64,000 bases of DNA from Microbotryum violaceum. Lineage: Eukaryota. Positions 35,169 through 49,127 of the stretch are shown piece by piece. Location of the stretch: the NCBI GenBank assembly GCA_001244265.2, contig CDLV01000017.1, forward strand, positions 434,001 to 498,000, in the 5' to 3' direction. Every line of letters begins with the position of its first letter. Positions within the stretch are counted from its first letter, which is position 1. The notes below the pieces were generated by a model that saw nothing but the letters and a program-made list of their open reading frames with translations, was not told the origin of the DNA and made no database searches. Made by a program: the position numbers and the translations under genes.

Positions 35169-37981
35169 CTACACAAACAAGCTCGTATCTAGACCCTCGC
35201 CGAAATCCAGAGATAAGATCTTACGGTCATGACTTGAACTGCGTACCAAAAAGAGCATGAGTCAACGGCACCTCGTTTTCGAGCTGCAGCGAGAATTGTG
35301 AAGATTCACCTGATGATGCGCGACGCATCAAATTCGACATGAAAGACCAAACTCGTGTGTTGCTTGTACTTGGCCAGTTCAGACTGGCTCTTCCAATCCC
35401 AGACCCTCGTTGTGCGATCGTAGCTTCCACTGAGGATCAAACCCCTTGCCTCATCGAACGCCAAGCTGCGTACGAGGTCCGTGTGCCCCCTGAGGACGGC
35501 CAAACAGGTCCCCGTCGTGACATCCCAGACGCGAATCATCTTGTCGTTTGAACCACTCGCGACGAGCGTCCCCGAAGCGGATAAAGTCGCGCAGGCTAAC
35601 CCTCGTTCGTGACCCGTGAAGACTCGTTCGACCTCGCCCGTGAGAACATTCCACATCTTCATGGTCGCATCGCCCGAGGCCGAGACGACGCGGTTATTGT
35701 GGAGCTGCACGGCGTTAACAGGACCACGGTGGCCGGCGAGTACGCGGTACAGTTCACCTGTGGAGCGATGCCAGACTCGGATCGTCGTGTCCTGCGAACA
35801 AAAAAGCTCGTCAGTCGGGCGGGCAGCTCTCGGCACGAGCTAGAGGTGAGAAGGAAAACCGACCTTGGAGCAACTGACGATCCACTGATCGTCAAAGGTT
35901 AAATCCAACACAGCCATATTGTGCCCAATTAACTGCATCGTTGCTTCCCACTGCCCCCTTCCCGTTATTGGATCCCCGACGAGGTCCCAGACGAGAATCG
36001 TCGAATCGCTGGAGCCTGTGATCAAGACCTTGTCGTCGTAGCGCAGGCACAATACGCTTCCTTCGTGGCCCGTCAAAACCTTGGTCGTACGTCCCGTCGC
36101 GATGTCCCAGACGCGGACCGAACGATCCCGAGATCCCGAAATGATCTTCTTGGGGTCGAACTGGAGGCAATAGACGCTGTCGGTGTGGCCCTTGTACCAG
36201 TTCGAACGAGGCGCGGCCCGCTTCCAGCGCTCTTCGACGAGGTACCGATCGCGGAAAAGGCGAGGCCAATTGAGCGTCAAAGGCGCGGATGGAATAGATC
36301 CAAGCAGAGGGGAAGGTATGGAGCCCAGAGGAGGCAACGTCGCCGACGAGTTGCGCCGCGAAGGACCGAGGGAGGGCGGGAGGTGAGCGATCGAAGAGGC
36401 AAGGTTTGCCAACGCCGATGAGGAGCCGGCCCGGGACAGAGGCACGCGCGCCGACGAATGGGTTCGTGGGGGTGCCGCAAAGGCGTTCGTCGCGACCGTC
36501 GACGTCGAAGGTGGGGCCGTTGAGATGACTGAGGGTGCGGTCCGACGTGGGATTGCGCCGGGCAGGATCTGCGACGCATGGGCCCAGCTCGAATCGCTAC
36601 CCATACTCGCCGACATGGGGTCTTCGGCGGTTTCACGGGTTGGCGTCGCTCTTGTGGCGAGAGGAGTCAAGCTGAGCGAACCCAGCGTGTCGACCATGTC
36701 CGAGATGCGTCGCACGAGTCGTGTCGGCGTCTCTGGTCCGGATCCGGATGCTTCGCCGCCAGCGTTCGAGCGCCGCGAGCCGTCTCGTCGCATCGCGCTC
36801 GTGACCGCTCGTCGAATCGAGGGTGGCTTGGAAGGGGCGTCATGGTAGATTGTCGAGGCGACTGATGGTGCGAAGGGTTCACGAATGCGCCACCCGGCGT
36901 GCTGGTGAAAGAGGTCGCGCCAGATCACGTTGTCGAGGGCCAAGAGGCGCCAGGTGCGAGAGACGGCCGAGGCCTCGAGCAAGGTGACATGGTCGAGGTG
37001 TAGCAAGATGAACAGCGAAATTTCGATGGGGAGAGAGCACAAGAAGTCTGAGAGGAAGTGAAATATGCGCATGCTCCATCAGCACATGTCTCCATAGCCC
37101 GTTCCTCGTCGAACCGGTGAAGACTGACCAACTTTGCCTTGCGATCCTTCGACGAAGCAGGCCTCGTCGTCGACGACTACCCCTTCATCGCCGTCAAGGA
37201 CCTCGTTCAACGCCGATGCATCGTGATCGCTATCATCGCTGTTCGCACTCCCTTGCGTAGGTGCTGCCTTGCCACTGCTATTGCTGTTGGCGTGGAAGCC
37301 CGGTGACCCGGCGCCGAGGTGGGGCCACCGCGGTCGGAACCGGTCCCAAGATTCGGAGAGGCGAGAAGGAGAGAGTGAGCCGGCTGATGCGGCAGCAGAT
37401 GGGCTGGTCGGAGAGGCGGGACTGCGGTTGAGGTGTGTCGGAGTACGTTGGTGCTGGACTCTCCTCAGCCTCGACAACACCGGCTCGGGGTCAATCGAGA
37501 AGTGGGACGAGAGGAAACCGGCTGCCGAGGATGAGGCAGGCGGCGAGGCAGGTGGGTGGGGGGCGGCCGAGCTCGAGGCGTATGGTACGCTCGCGGATCT
37601 CCGGTGCATTCGACCGGGTACGTCGGGCTCATGGTCACCGTCGGAAGTAGCGTCCTCGTCGTTGGCACCCTCGGTGTGATTCTCGTCTTGATTTGGGTCG
37701 CGCTCGTTCTCGACGTCACGTGGACCGGTGCTGGTCGAAGGTGAGCCGGAGAGGCGATGCCACAGGTGGACCAGGGACCGCGTAGGTGCGCTTGTGCTGC
37801 TCTGTATGCTCTTCATCGCAGCTGTCGTCTTGCGTGATGTCGATGGAGCGGGTCGTGGGTGCGGTCGCATGTTGAGGGGCTGACTCGGAACGTCCTCCAA
37901 GGTTGCAGGACTGGGTCGCTGCTCCTCCTCGTCTGCCTTCGATCCCGATGGAGAGGCATGCTCCCCTTGCATACCATACAT
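35169..37981 (-). CDS. F-box/WD40 protein, beta-TrCP/Pof11/FWD-1-like SCF substrate receptor, multi-exon
   Basis: F-box DFLCSLPIEISLFILLHL...VSRTW; WD repeats GHTDSVYCLQFD, GHEGSVLCLRYD, GHRGPVNAVQ, GHERGLAC, GHTDLVRS; last exon SSHDRKILSLDFG...* ending at 35169. Start codon uncertain. Confidence 0.88.
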
Positions 37982-38738
37982 ATGCCGCGAGTAACCGACT
38001 CGTCCGACAATGGCTGTGGCGAAACAACCCAAACCGAAAGAGCCCGGTGTAGTCGGAGGGCAACCAGCTCGCTATACTGGCCCAGTGAAGGCACTCGCAT
38101 CTGGGCACTCGATCCAAGCGCGCCCGGCCCGAGTGCACTCACTGTGGCAGGTGGGCCTATACCAATGTTTCTACCTATCTACATCTACTTCTAATCTTGC
38201 ACCACGAAATACCTCCATACAATAAGCATTCCATGCTAACTACTTTATTTCGTCCAAACCAACGGCCCTCCCAGTATGTGTCGCACCACACACCAACTCC
38301 GACGGACCATTTCGACCTCTGGCAGGCGTGCAGTGCAGTGGCACGGGGCACGTGCACTCGGAATCTTCAACCGACTCCGCGGAGCTGAGGCATGTGCTTG
38401 AGTGTGCAATTGTGTGTGGGCTCATCAGTGTAATTTCTTGCAAATGAAGTTGGAACCGCGCAGAGTCAATTTGTAGTGTGTGCACTCCAATACACACCGA
38501 TTAACGCCGATTCTGGTGCGTCGCGGCGAGTCGGCGACTCACTTCAACTTGAAATTGACACGCCGATCGGCATAGACCGGCATCAAGCTTGCTTAGCCTG
38601 TTGAACCGGCGCCTTACGCTTGCAGCCCACTGCACTTGGAGTCTTAGGGAGAGCACATGTCTTGATTCGTGTACGCGATACATATCAAGGCTCATCCGCG
38701 TATCTCTGTTTCGGATACCTCCCGTTCACCGTGCGACC

Positions 38739-40563
38739 ATGTCATCGGGACTACACACCTTCATCGCCCCTCCTCGTCCCTTCACGGTCCAGTTCGATTC
38801 CGCGGAAGTCGACGAGCTCGACGAGCGTCTCCTCCGAGCAAGGTGGCCTCTCGTCGATGCCGTACCTGATGACCGCTCCCTGAACGACCCCGCACCGTTT
38901 GGCATGGGGCCAGGTGAGTTGGTGTCCAATTCACCTACATCATAGCGTCATGTGTAGTGCTAACTCCCGCTTCCGCCCATCTTACAAACCTGGCAACCAC
39001 TTCGCTACCATGGCAACCCGACGTGCTTCTGTCCTCGGTCCCTCGCGTTCTCGACTCTGGCCTTTCGATCTCGCTCACGTGAAAAAAACATCTCACTTAT
39101 CTTTTCCGACATGGTCGCCGGGCGCACCTCACGCATTTCGGATTTCCGGACAGGCCCAACGATCAAGTTGATGAAGGAACTCGCCGAGGAATGGAGGACC
39201 AAGTACCAGTGGAAGGACACCGAGAACCACTTCAACACGTGAGTGAGGCGCAACTCGCCGAGCTCGACAACTCCGTTCCCTCGCCAGGCGCGAATCGGGA
39301 TCCTTGTCGTTCGATTCTGATCGGCTCCTCTACACTATTCGTGCAGCTTTGAACACTACAAGGTAGAAATTGAGAACCTCAATATCCACTTTTTGCACCA
39401 CCCTTCGACCCACTCGAACGCCAAGGCCCTCATCCTCTGTCACGGTTGGCCCGGTGCGTGCAGATTCTGCCCCAATTCCTTTCAACTACTGACCGCTCGC
39501 ATGCACGGACTTAATCGGTCCATTATCCTTCCACCACAGGATCATTCGCCGAGTTCCTGCACATGATTACGTTGTTGACCGACCCTGTCTCGTCGACGCA
39601 GCAAGCCTACCACGTTGTCGTCCCCTCGATGCCCGGCTTCACTTTTTCGGACCCGCCCCCGACGTCGAAGTGGTGCATGGATGACACCGCGCGAGTCTAC
39701 GACAAGCTCATGACCGGCTTAGGGTACCACGAGTACGGTGCGCAAGGTGGTGATTGGGGATCTATCACGGCGCGTTGTCTCGGGGCGTTGCACGATGATC
39801 ATTGCAAAGGTGTGCGATCCACTTTCCCGGGCTGGCATGGCTCCAGCGCCGAAAGCGATCAACTGACCAGCAATGCTTTCCGCTTTTTACAGCCGTTCAT
39901 CTCAACTTCCTCCCCGCCAGCCCCGATGGTATCCTCAGCATAATCCCTCCTCGTCTCTTACTTTCCTACCTCCCAAGCTTCATCATGCCCGATCTCCGAC
40001 GCCAACGCCTCCTCCGCGCCCTTGATTACGTCGAAAAGGGATCAGCCTACTACGCGATCCAAAACCTGACCCCAAGAACCGCGAGCTTCGGTCTCAACGA
40101 TTCGCCCATCGGACTCCTTTCCTGGATCGCCGAAAAGATGATACCCTTCATCGACGCTGCGATGGCCACGCAGCCAAGGCCGACCTTGACGCGATGGACC
40201 TTGTACGAGACCTGCACGCTGTATTGGTTGACCCATTCGATCGGGACCAGTTTCTCACCTTATTCCCAGAATCGGCACTTTAAAGATTTTTTGACGGACC
40301 CCAAGTATCGTTTGGAGAACATGGCCTTGTCGACGTTCCCGAATGAGATCGTGATCAGTCCCGTCGAGTGGGTCAAGAAGACAGGCGATCTCAAGTGGAA
40401 CAAAGGTCGGTGCTCTGCTGTTCTTGGGCGCCTTGATGAAGAGTATCACTGATGGATGCGTATCCTTACAGAACATACCGATGGTGGGCATTTCGTGGCG
40501 GTTGAGTTGCCCCAGGTTTTGACCGATCATGTTCGGGAGGCCTTTGAAAAGATTTGGGTGTAG
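38739..40563 (+). CDS. Microsomal-type epoxide hydrolase (EHN + alpha/beta hydrolase), multi-exon
   Basis: PRPFTV, IHFLH...LILCHGWPGSFAEF, VVPSMPGFTFS, QGGDWGS nucleophile, LNDSPIGLLSWI.EK, GGHF catalytic His. Confidence 0.92.
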
Positions 40564-40663
40564 CGCACCAACAAGAATAAAAATACCTAGAATCTCTTTC
40601 ATTCCAGAAGGGAGGTGTGCAACGGTGCAATCGGATGTGTGCTCCCAAACTACAAACCCTCTC

Positions 40664-41902
40664 TCAAACGACCTGCTTGATCTCCTGCTCGCCATGCATC
40701 GTCCCCAACTTGACCTCGAGTGCCTCCTCGTCGATCCATTCGTCCTCGTCATCAAACTCTTCCTCCTCCCACGCCCATTCCGGATCCACGCGATGGATCA
40801 GCTCATCCACCGCGTCCAGTTCGACAACGATGTTCCGCTTCTTGACGATGTCCCATACCTTCAACTCATCCATCTGCTTGATACAACTAAGGTTCTCCAA
40901 GTTACCAGCGGAGAGCTCGAACTTGGCTTGAGCGCTCAACTCCAAAGGGTCTGATTTGGTGCCCAAAATGAATAACGTATCGGACCACCCTTTTCGAAGG
41001 ACGTTTTCGTTCAATTTGCGGGTCGAAATTAGGTCCATCCCGATTTGTTCGACGACGTTCAACCCGCCGACTCGCCACTTATCACTCAACCCGACGCTCA
41101 AACCCAATCGCTCCTCTTTACGGTTTACCAACCTCGCCCAACCGTCCGGTCCTTTAGGTCGTTTCCCGAACGCCCTCCCACCACCTTTCAACATCGGTGA
41201 ACCGCGCGAGCCGAGTCGTGCTCGACCGGTCCCTTTTTGGGGTCGAATTTTTTTACCCGAATAGGCGACCTCGCGACGGTTCTTGGTTGCTGCTGTGCCC
41301 GTGCGCAATGAGGCGAGGTGGGCGACGATGAGCTTGTGGAGTAGCGAGGGACGCGAGGGGGCGTTGAACAAGGGTGCTGGGAGGGGAACGAGGAGGGGGC
41401 AGTCGGAGGTTTTAGAGGAGGAAGTCGAAGGGAAGGGTGGGCCCAGGGGGACGTGGACGTAAGGGTGGTACGGGGTAGGTGGAGCTGTAGGGATGAACGA
41501 ACTAGGATGAGCGTATGATTCTTAGAGTGATTCAGTAGGCCCCCAAACAGCACTCACGAGTCGAGGACGGCAGTCGCTGCTTGACCGGCTTGGACGGAGC
41601 TGATGGAAGTGGTGGTGTCGCGGCGACCTGTTCCAAAGAAGCGGCAGGCGCAACTTCTATTGTTGCTGCTTCATTCGGTTCGGCAGCCGTTGCGTTGGGT
41701 AATGTCACGGCATCGGCAGCGGTAGCGAGTGTGCGACGGGCACTACCGCTCGACGAACACGCCGCCGTAAAAGTCGTGGCTGAAGCCTGTTCAATTGAGA
41801 TTCAGCACGATAAGTATCAGCATTCCCTTCATCGTTATCCGCCGTAGCCTGGGCCAATGCACTTACCCTGACAACGATGCGCGGTAGGCTCAGCAGCGTC
41901 AT
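40664..41902 (-). CDS. YML6: Mitochondrial large-subunit ribosomal protein uL4m, multi-exon
   Basis: RTGTAATKNRREVAYSGKKIRPQKGTGRARLG..GSP...GGGRAFG; presequence-like N-terminus MTLLSLPRIVVR followed by a GTAAGT donor. Confidence 0.9.
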
Positions 41903-44048
41903 GATCGGGTCGAGGCTCTCTGAGGTCGTGGGTTGCGAACGGCAAGCTGCGATCGCGCCAACTCGCTCAGCAGCTCAAGGTCATTGTTCTCGATCGACTG
42001 GGGTACTTTTGGGGAGTACAACTGACTTCGCTCTGCGTGTAAAAGTTATCCTGGCTACGACAGTGTATCGCAATTTCAGTCAGAAGGAATGGGGAAAACT
42101 AAAGAAATCAGAAGTCGACACAAAAGGAATAAACCGCACGCTGATTCAAATCGAAGGAAAAGAAAAGGGGTCGCCCCCTCCAAGCCTCCTTCTCCTCGGA
42201 CCACCATGGATTCACCTTCATTATAACGCATCACAGTTCGTCATTTTCCCAAAAAAGACCTTTCCAAGCCCCAGCTCAAAATTATAAATGTCCAGAGTAG
42301 TCCGAATCGAGTTCATTCTTTTCCTCCCTCCACCGAAGGTAAGAGACAGAGAGAAAAGAATGACCGCGAATTGCACTGAAGCGGTGAATCGAGGCAAACA
42401 ACCCGGGTAAAAGGTAGACCCTTCTTCCCAAGTGCGGAGGAAAAGAAAGAAAGAGGGAAGCACGATCACCCCGACTGCCATCGGTTCATCGCATCTCAAG
42501 CTTGCTAAGCGAGATTGCATCCCTCCTCGATTTCCCTCGGGTCCTCAATCCTCGCACACCCCTCGAACGCACATCCCAATCTCGTAGAACGAATCCCCGA
42601 AGATGGTACCCCCGAATTGTTCCTCACCAGATCGAGCCGCAATTCCACAATTCACCTGTGAAACTTCTCCGACCATACTCTCCGCCGGACCTCCTCCCCC
42701 TTAGCAACATCCCGCGACGTCAACTCCGATCCTGGCTGATCCCGATCAACATTCCCGTCGCTCGGCTTGACCTACGTCGATCGAAAAACTCGTCGTCCAA
42801 AAGGTTGCTCGGGGAGGAAAAGGAAAGGGAAGGAACAAACAGCCTGGATTCGAAGAAGCTCACCCTCCCGATCTCTGCTCGCCGAATCCCAACACTTGCG
42901 ACACCCCCAAGGCCCAAGAAAACTCTGGAGGAACGATCCCCAGACCAAAGGCCAAACGGTCGCATTGGAACCTCTTCGCATCCCCGCGAAGCCCTCGCCC
43001 TTCTCTCTATCAATCGAGGATCTTGGGGCGTGGACCTTGATCCGAAGAGATGTGATTAAGTTCGAAAAAAGGCCGGCCTGAACGAAGATCGAAAGATAAT
43101 CCCCCCATACCTTTGCTGTTCCCGTAATGGAGAGCGCCGACGTGAAAAGTGGGGACACCGACGAGAGGAACCGAAAGAAGATAATCGAACAGGTGCGGGC
43201 CTTTCGACCCCGTTTCCCAACCCATCCTGGACCAACGACTCGCAACCAGATGGGAACGAATCGAAACGACCGAGCGCAGAACCATACCCGAAAGAGGTGG
43301 TGGGACCCCGATCGAGACCAAAGCGATGGAGAAGCGCACGATCGTCGAACGAGAAGAGGAGACCAAGACGAAAGGTAGACATTGGGGAAGGAGGAGGAAA
43401 AGGAACGAGTCCGAAACGGCTTCATAGGAAGATCGAAGCGACGGGTAAAGGCGAGCCAGCCAGAAAAGCGACCCCGCGAAGGGCTACGTTCCCGAACTGG
43501 AGCCTTGACGAGGTCACATTTGTCTGGTCGTGCGTGATGCGCAAGTTATCACAACGCGCCACGTCGTCTGGACGATTCCAACGATGGTCCGCTGTAATGA
43601 GCAGCGGGTTCGAAGAAGAGGTGGATTATACTCGGACCTTGACCCCGTTGCGAAGGAGGTGGGAAAAAGAGGGCACGCGTGAAAAACGGAGGGCCAGCTG
43701 AGCCAGGGATCACAGGACCGAAGTCCTCCACCCCTGGCAAAGCTGCTGCGATCAACACCGGCAAAACATTGAAGTTCCTCTGTGGGTGAGCAACGAATCG
43801 CAGTCTTGGGCTTTGAGCTGGGGAGCGAGGAAGGTGGGGGAACAAAGTCAACGACCTTTTAGATCGCGCGGGAGCATTTTATTTATTTATTTGATAGACT
43901 TCATTAACAGCATAGTTATATTAATACCTAGAAATCTTCGGAAAAGTCGGAGGGAATGCTGTTACGCACACTGGCAGAAGCCAGTAGTGTAGGACTCATT
44001 GACCCTGAACCAGGATCAACCATACCCACTAAAACCCCCTTTGGTGTC

Positions 44049-47000
44049 TTACAGAGACACTAGGCGACCCTTGGACTCCTGGATAGAGGCTCGAAGCCCC
44101 TCGAACTCCGTTTCGGTGATCGGTTCCAAAAGATCCGACGAGAATCGACGACGGCGACAGAGCTTCCAGATCGAGTGAAAGAAGAGGACTCGTAGTTCGA
44201 CAAGTCGACGTTCCGAGCGAGACACGACCGGGCATACAAATTCCACAAAGACTGGGTGGGGGGTCGGGGACAGAGCAGACCAGAGGCGCCGGGCAAATGG
44301 GCAGCCAACCGCCAGGTGAACCAGGCACTCGGGTGCTTCCGAGAGGCACATCACACAGGAGGTAGATCGATTGTTGGGATGTGGGCTGGTTGGGGAGGCG
44401 ACTTGGCTTCCCGGATGGAGGGACCCCACGGAGAGAAGGTGGCCGGTATCCTCGGCGTCCGAGTGAACCCGGCGAACCTTGCGCAAAGCCTTCCACCAAG
44501 CGTTCCAGCGTTGCTCAGGCAGATCGAATACCATCTGGTGTCCCTTGGGGAAGATAAGGGGGAAGATGAAGACTTGGTGGCGTTTGGACGCGTTCACAAA
44601 CGAAGACGGGGTCATCACCTCGCCATCGGGCCCTCGAAAAAGCGTCGGGTTTACCGAGAGTTGTATTCCGTGGCCCGCTGGGAAATAGAGTACGTGCGTC
44701 ACCCATTGCTCGAGGTTCTGGCTCTTGGAGAGTTCCGGGGGATTGAGCGTGGTCACCAACGCCCAGGCTTCGAAGTATCGGACCCAACGAGCAGGAAGAA
44801 GTTTTGTCGTTTTTTTCACCGCATGGTCCCACTTTGGGGGAGGATGGCAAAAGTAAGCCCACCAGATCCAAATCCAAGGGCAACGATGCTGGTTGGGGGC
44901 CGGTCTGGACAAGGTGAAAGGGGTTGGTTCGTTTGGTGCCTGGAGGCGGATGCGGATGTTGAAGAGGTGGCGTGTGAAGCAGCCGTCCGGGGCCCGGAGC
45001 TGGAAGACCCACTTCGCGTGATCGATTGCTAGACGCCGAGGCAGATCAATCAAACCGAAGCCGCCGTGATCAAGAGGGGTGCAGAGGCGCGACCGGGAGA
45101 CCTTCGGACGTCGCTGAGTACCATCCGAAGCTCGACCGTAAATGGCGAGCATGGCGGCCTCCTCGATCTCCTTGACAACGCTCTTGGGGGCGGGAAGGAA
45201 TCGGCTGTAGTACAAGATCTTTGTGTAGCAGTAGATGTTGATGATCGAACACTTGGCTGCATATGGGAGATCGTACATCGGAATCGAGCGTATCCGAGCG
45301 ATGGTCAAGGCCTTGACATCTTCCCAGCCCGCATCCTCGGCGATCTCCACCCCGACCTGAATACCAAGGTAGCGAAACTGCGAATCGCTGAGACGCCAGG
45401 TCCCGAGATCTGGGGCGATCGACCGATCCCGAAAAGCTCCAAGGGGGTAGACGAAAGATTTGACGTTGCTGAGCTTGCTGGCACTTGCCCGTTCGTAAAG
45501 CTCGATCGCCCGATTGAGGTGGTCGAGGTCCGAGAGGTTGTGGAGTGCGCAGCAAGCGTCGTCGGCAAAAAGGAGTTCGCGAACGTTTTGGAGGCCCGCA
45601 ATATCGATGCCCTTGACTCTCAATCGAATCTGACAGGCAAACCTTCGATCGCCAGGACGAAGAGAGACGGAGCCAAAGGATCACCTTGCCGAACGCCCGA
45701 CAGGATGTCGAAAGTGGCAGAGAGCCAACCGTTGAGGAAGATCGAGGCAAATTGGTTGGTGTAGGTCGCTCGGTACCATTGGCGGGCTTTGGGGCCGAGG
45801 CCAACGGCGCAGAGGACTGCATCAAGGTACGGGTGGGAAAGACGATCGTAAGCCTTTTCAAAGTCCATCACCGCTAGCATGCCAGACACGGGTGTTGAGC
45901 CCGGAAGTCCAGGGTCCATGAGACATCGGACCTCAGCGATGTTCGTGCCGATCCAACGGTTCGGAACAAAGCCACGTTGGGTTGGGCCGATCAGGGACTC
46001 GAGCAAGGGAGCGAGGCGCTGGTTGTGGGCTTGCGAGATGATGCGCTCGCCCGCATTGATGAGCGATATGGGGCGTTTGTTCGAAAGCTGATCCCTCTCG
46101 CCGCGTTTGTGGATGAGATGGATGTGGGCGGTGTTGCGGGGAAGAGGTCCAGGCTGACGGGCCTCGGTGGGGATCGAGTTGATGACGTCTCGAAAAATCG
46201 GGCCAGTGGCCGGCCACATAGCGCGGTAAAACTCAACCTGGAGGCCGTCAGGCCCTGGCGAAGAGTTCGACTTACACGCCGCTTGAGCCTTTGTCATCTC
46301 CTCCGACGGGTACGCTTCCTCGAGCTTGAGTGAGTCCGCGGGGGAGAGGCGAGTTGAAGCGAGGCCGTCGATGATCGCCTTCAGGGCCGCGTCATCGATG
46401 GGGCGGTCCTCATAGACCCGCTCGAAGTAGTCGCTGGCCGCTCCAAGCATCGAATCAGGGTCAGAATGAACAACATCGTTGACCGTGAGCGAAGGGATCA
46501 GGTCGGATGCTCGCACTTTGCGCAGGCGGATGAAGATGGAAGAGGGACCCGCCAGAGATGGGTCGAGGCGGGACCGCAGGGCCGCGCCGTAGCGCGAGTG
46601 GTCAGCCCTCTCTTGCTCCGACCCGCCACGACGGAACCGAGCGAAAGTCCGGGCCAGAGCCTGCAGCTCGGGCAGCAGGCGGTGTTTGGTGGACGTCCAA
46701 GCTGCTGGTGGATCGTTGGGCGTCTGGAGGAGGGCTTTGTTGTAAAGGGTGCGGACAATGGAGGTGAGGTACTCGCAGGTCGCGTCGCCCTCGATCACGT
46801 GCAAACCCAGCTTGAATTTGCCCGGACCGATGTCGATTGCGCCCGGCACTTGGAACCGTGCCACAACCATTGAGTGCGTCGATTTGAGGACAGGAGCCCA
46901 GATTTTGTGATCATGGAAGAGGTCGACCCAATCAGGCGAGACATAGATGCGGTCAAGGCGACGGCACGTGCCGGGCGCTGAGCGATTCGTCGTGGCTCGT

Positions 47001-47622
47001 CCTTTGGGATGATGGAGCCGATAGGCGTCGAAAAGGTTGTTGGCCGTGGCAAGGTCGCGCATCTCCTGACCCCCATGATTCGTTCCGTTTTGGTTCTCCG
47101 AATCGAGGGGCTGGGACTCAACACAATTCCAGTCCCCCCGACTAGGAGCGCAGGCGGCGAGGGTTCGTCACGTACGACTTGTCGGAGGGCGGTGCTGAGG
47201 TGTGAGAGGAAGCGTTTTTTGTCTGGCTTGTCGGAGGAAGGCGCGTATATTGATACAACCCGGACTTTTGAATCACCCACACAAAAGGTGGCGTCGGTGA
47301 CTCGGTCCGGGAAAGAGAAAGAGGCACGAAGAGTGTTTGGAGGCGACTCGGGATTAAAAGTAATGACCACGGAGTCGCTCTTCCAAAGTATGGCAGTGTT
47401 GTTGAAAGGAGTGAAAAGAGCGGAGAGCTTTAAGTCTTGGCACTCCTGAGTCCACTGGGCCACCCTTTCGGGGGAAGGTCGGCCAGTTTCGCTCAGGAGA
47501 AAGACGTCGGCGTTATGGGAGCGGAGATTGGAGAAAAGAGAGGCACGCTTACGGTCTTCATTGATTGACTGCACGTTGGCAGCAACAAAAGACACGTTTG
47601 GGATTTTAGTTGTGCTCATCAT
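44049..47622 (-). pseudogene. LINE ORF2: APE endonuclease, reverse transcriptase, C-terminal zinc finger; two frameshifts (~47100, ~45630)
   Basis: AANVQSIN, LSET, SIYAP, RLDRIY, SPGPDG, RPISLIN, DFEKAYD, GVRQGDPLAP, LFADD, YLGI, CVMC...H...C. Confidence 0.92.
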
Positions 47623-48876
47623 CTTGGTCCATGGCGTCTTCCACGTCCTTAGGAGGTGCTTCTTGGTCTTCGGCTTCTTCGTCGGCCTCGTCGTTGGTGT
47701 CGGCGTCATCGGGTCGGGCTTTGGGCGCGGCTGAGGGCAACGGCGTGGGCGAAGACGGCTCGGGGCTCGGCTCGGAGGCTTCGAGGGCAGGCGCAGTGGG
47801 AGGGGCTTCACGAGTGGCTGGCTTGGAGAGGGCGGCAATCGACTTGGATCGAGTTATGATCGACTTTGGCGTGGCCGGAGGAGGGCTTGGGGATGGAGAG
47901 GTGGTCTCTGAGCTGGGGGACTCGGAGGATTTTTCAACGAGGGAGTAGGCAATTCCCTGATTGGAGGCAGGCTGGGGGGCAGGAGGAGTGGCAGTTTTGC
48001 AAGGGAAATTGAAGGAGAACTCGGGGCGGGCATTCTTCGACAGAGAATCGGGCTGAGCTCTGTTGGACAGATCTTCAGTCTGGGCAGCCAGATCCTGTTC
48101 CACTCGACGTTTTTTGGTCGTGCGGTCGTGGGCGGAGGCTGGGGAGATCGACTTGGACACGGCGGCGGGGGCGGCGGTGGTAACGGTGAAGGCTTGCGGG
48201 GCACGTGACGTGGGGGGTCCCTGGGGGCTTGACGCATGACGGGGTGGCGTGCGAGGTGCTCGCGCAGGACTTGCACGCCGGGGCGACGGGGCAATCCTTA
48301 CGGACGTGAGCCGCGGAACGGCAGAAGACGCAGTGGCGCATGCCACCGGTGATCCTCAGTGGGATTCGCTCAGTGACACCGTCACGAGCAATAGAAAGTG
48401 AGGCAGGGGGCAAAACATCTACATCCTTAAGGGCAAGGATAAACTCGTACACCCCAGAGATGTGCTTCGTCTTTCCAATGTATTGGATGCGACGACGGAG
48501 GACCGTGCCATAGGCAGCGATCTGCTCATCGAATATGCAGAGGCCCTCGGGGTCGGAGAAAAAGCCCGTAAGGGTGCATTGTACAACACCTCCTCTAGTA
48601 GAGTTGTACAGCTTCTCGACTTTGCACAGAGTCTTGCCAACAGTGAGGCCGTTGGCCACCAGGGAGCAAGCGACGCGAGTTTCAAGGACTGCATTAGACC
48701 GCGTTACGCGATGGCACTTGGGTAATAGGAATGATCACTTCCAAAGCAATGAGGCACGAAAATTCGGACAATTGATCACGATCAACACCCCGAATTTGCA
48801 AGACCGCTTCAGAGATCTTTCGGCGACATGTCAGGGTTTGGGAGTCTCGATCAGTCTCACGTTTCTGAGGGGACAT
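47606..48876 (-). pseudogene. LINE ORF1 (gag-like, zinc knuckles, Ser/Pro- and acidic tail), frameshifted
   Basis: CVFCRSAAHVRKDC and CKSCASTSHATPSC; its stop overlaps the ORF2 start. Confidence 0.75.
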
Positions 48877-49127
48877 TTGCTTACTTTTCTTAGGAGCAAA
48901 TTCGATTGGCTCCGAAGTTCATCGATGTGCGACCCCGCCGACTCGCGAGACGTCCGCGATTAATTTCCAAACGTCGATCGCAATAAGTGTCCTGCTCAAG
49001 CCACGCTCACGCGGCTTCCTGCGTCGTGGGTTCCCTGCGGTTCGATAGGCACTTGTGCCTTCCCTCTGACTCGGGGTAGGCAAGTACCTGACGATCAGCA
49101 TTACGCCTAGTTTTCATGGTCGGTGGC

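Larger units (their letters stand above)
43877..49120 (-). mobile_element. L1-clade (L1/Tx1-like) non-LTR retrotransposon, near full-length, frameshifted
   Basis: ORF1 with two CCHC knuckles, ORF2 APE-RT-C-terminal Cys motif, (AAAT)n tail at 43877-43892. The 5' limit is approximate and abuts Copia C. Confidence 0.9.

Noticed and set aside
40563-40664. Tight tail-to-tail spacing of the epoxide hydrolase and uL4m genes
   Set aside because: Common in compact fungal genomes; no specific signal seen.
41340-41490. Apparent frameshift in uL4m suggested by the ORF track
   Set aside because: One frame is continuous from the acceptor (PPTPYHPYVHVPL...PLFNAP); the track merely started at a TTG.
42290-43870. 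Several 100-220-aa overlapping ORFs between uL4m and the LINE tail
   Set aside because: No recognisable motif or consistent exon structure; possibly a decayed gene, but not supportable by eye.
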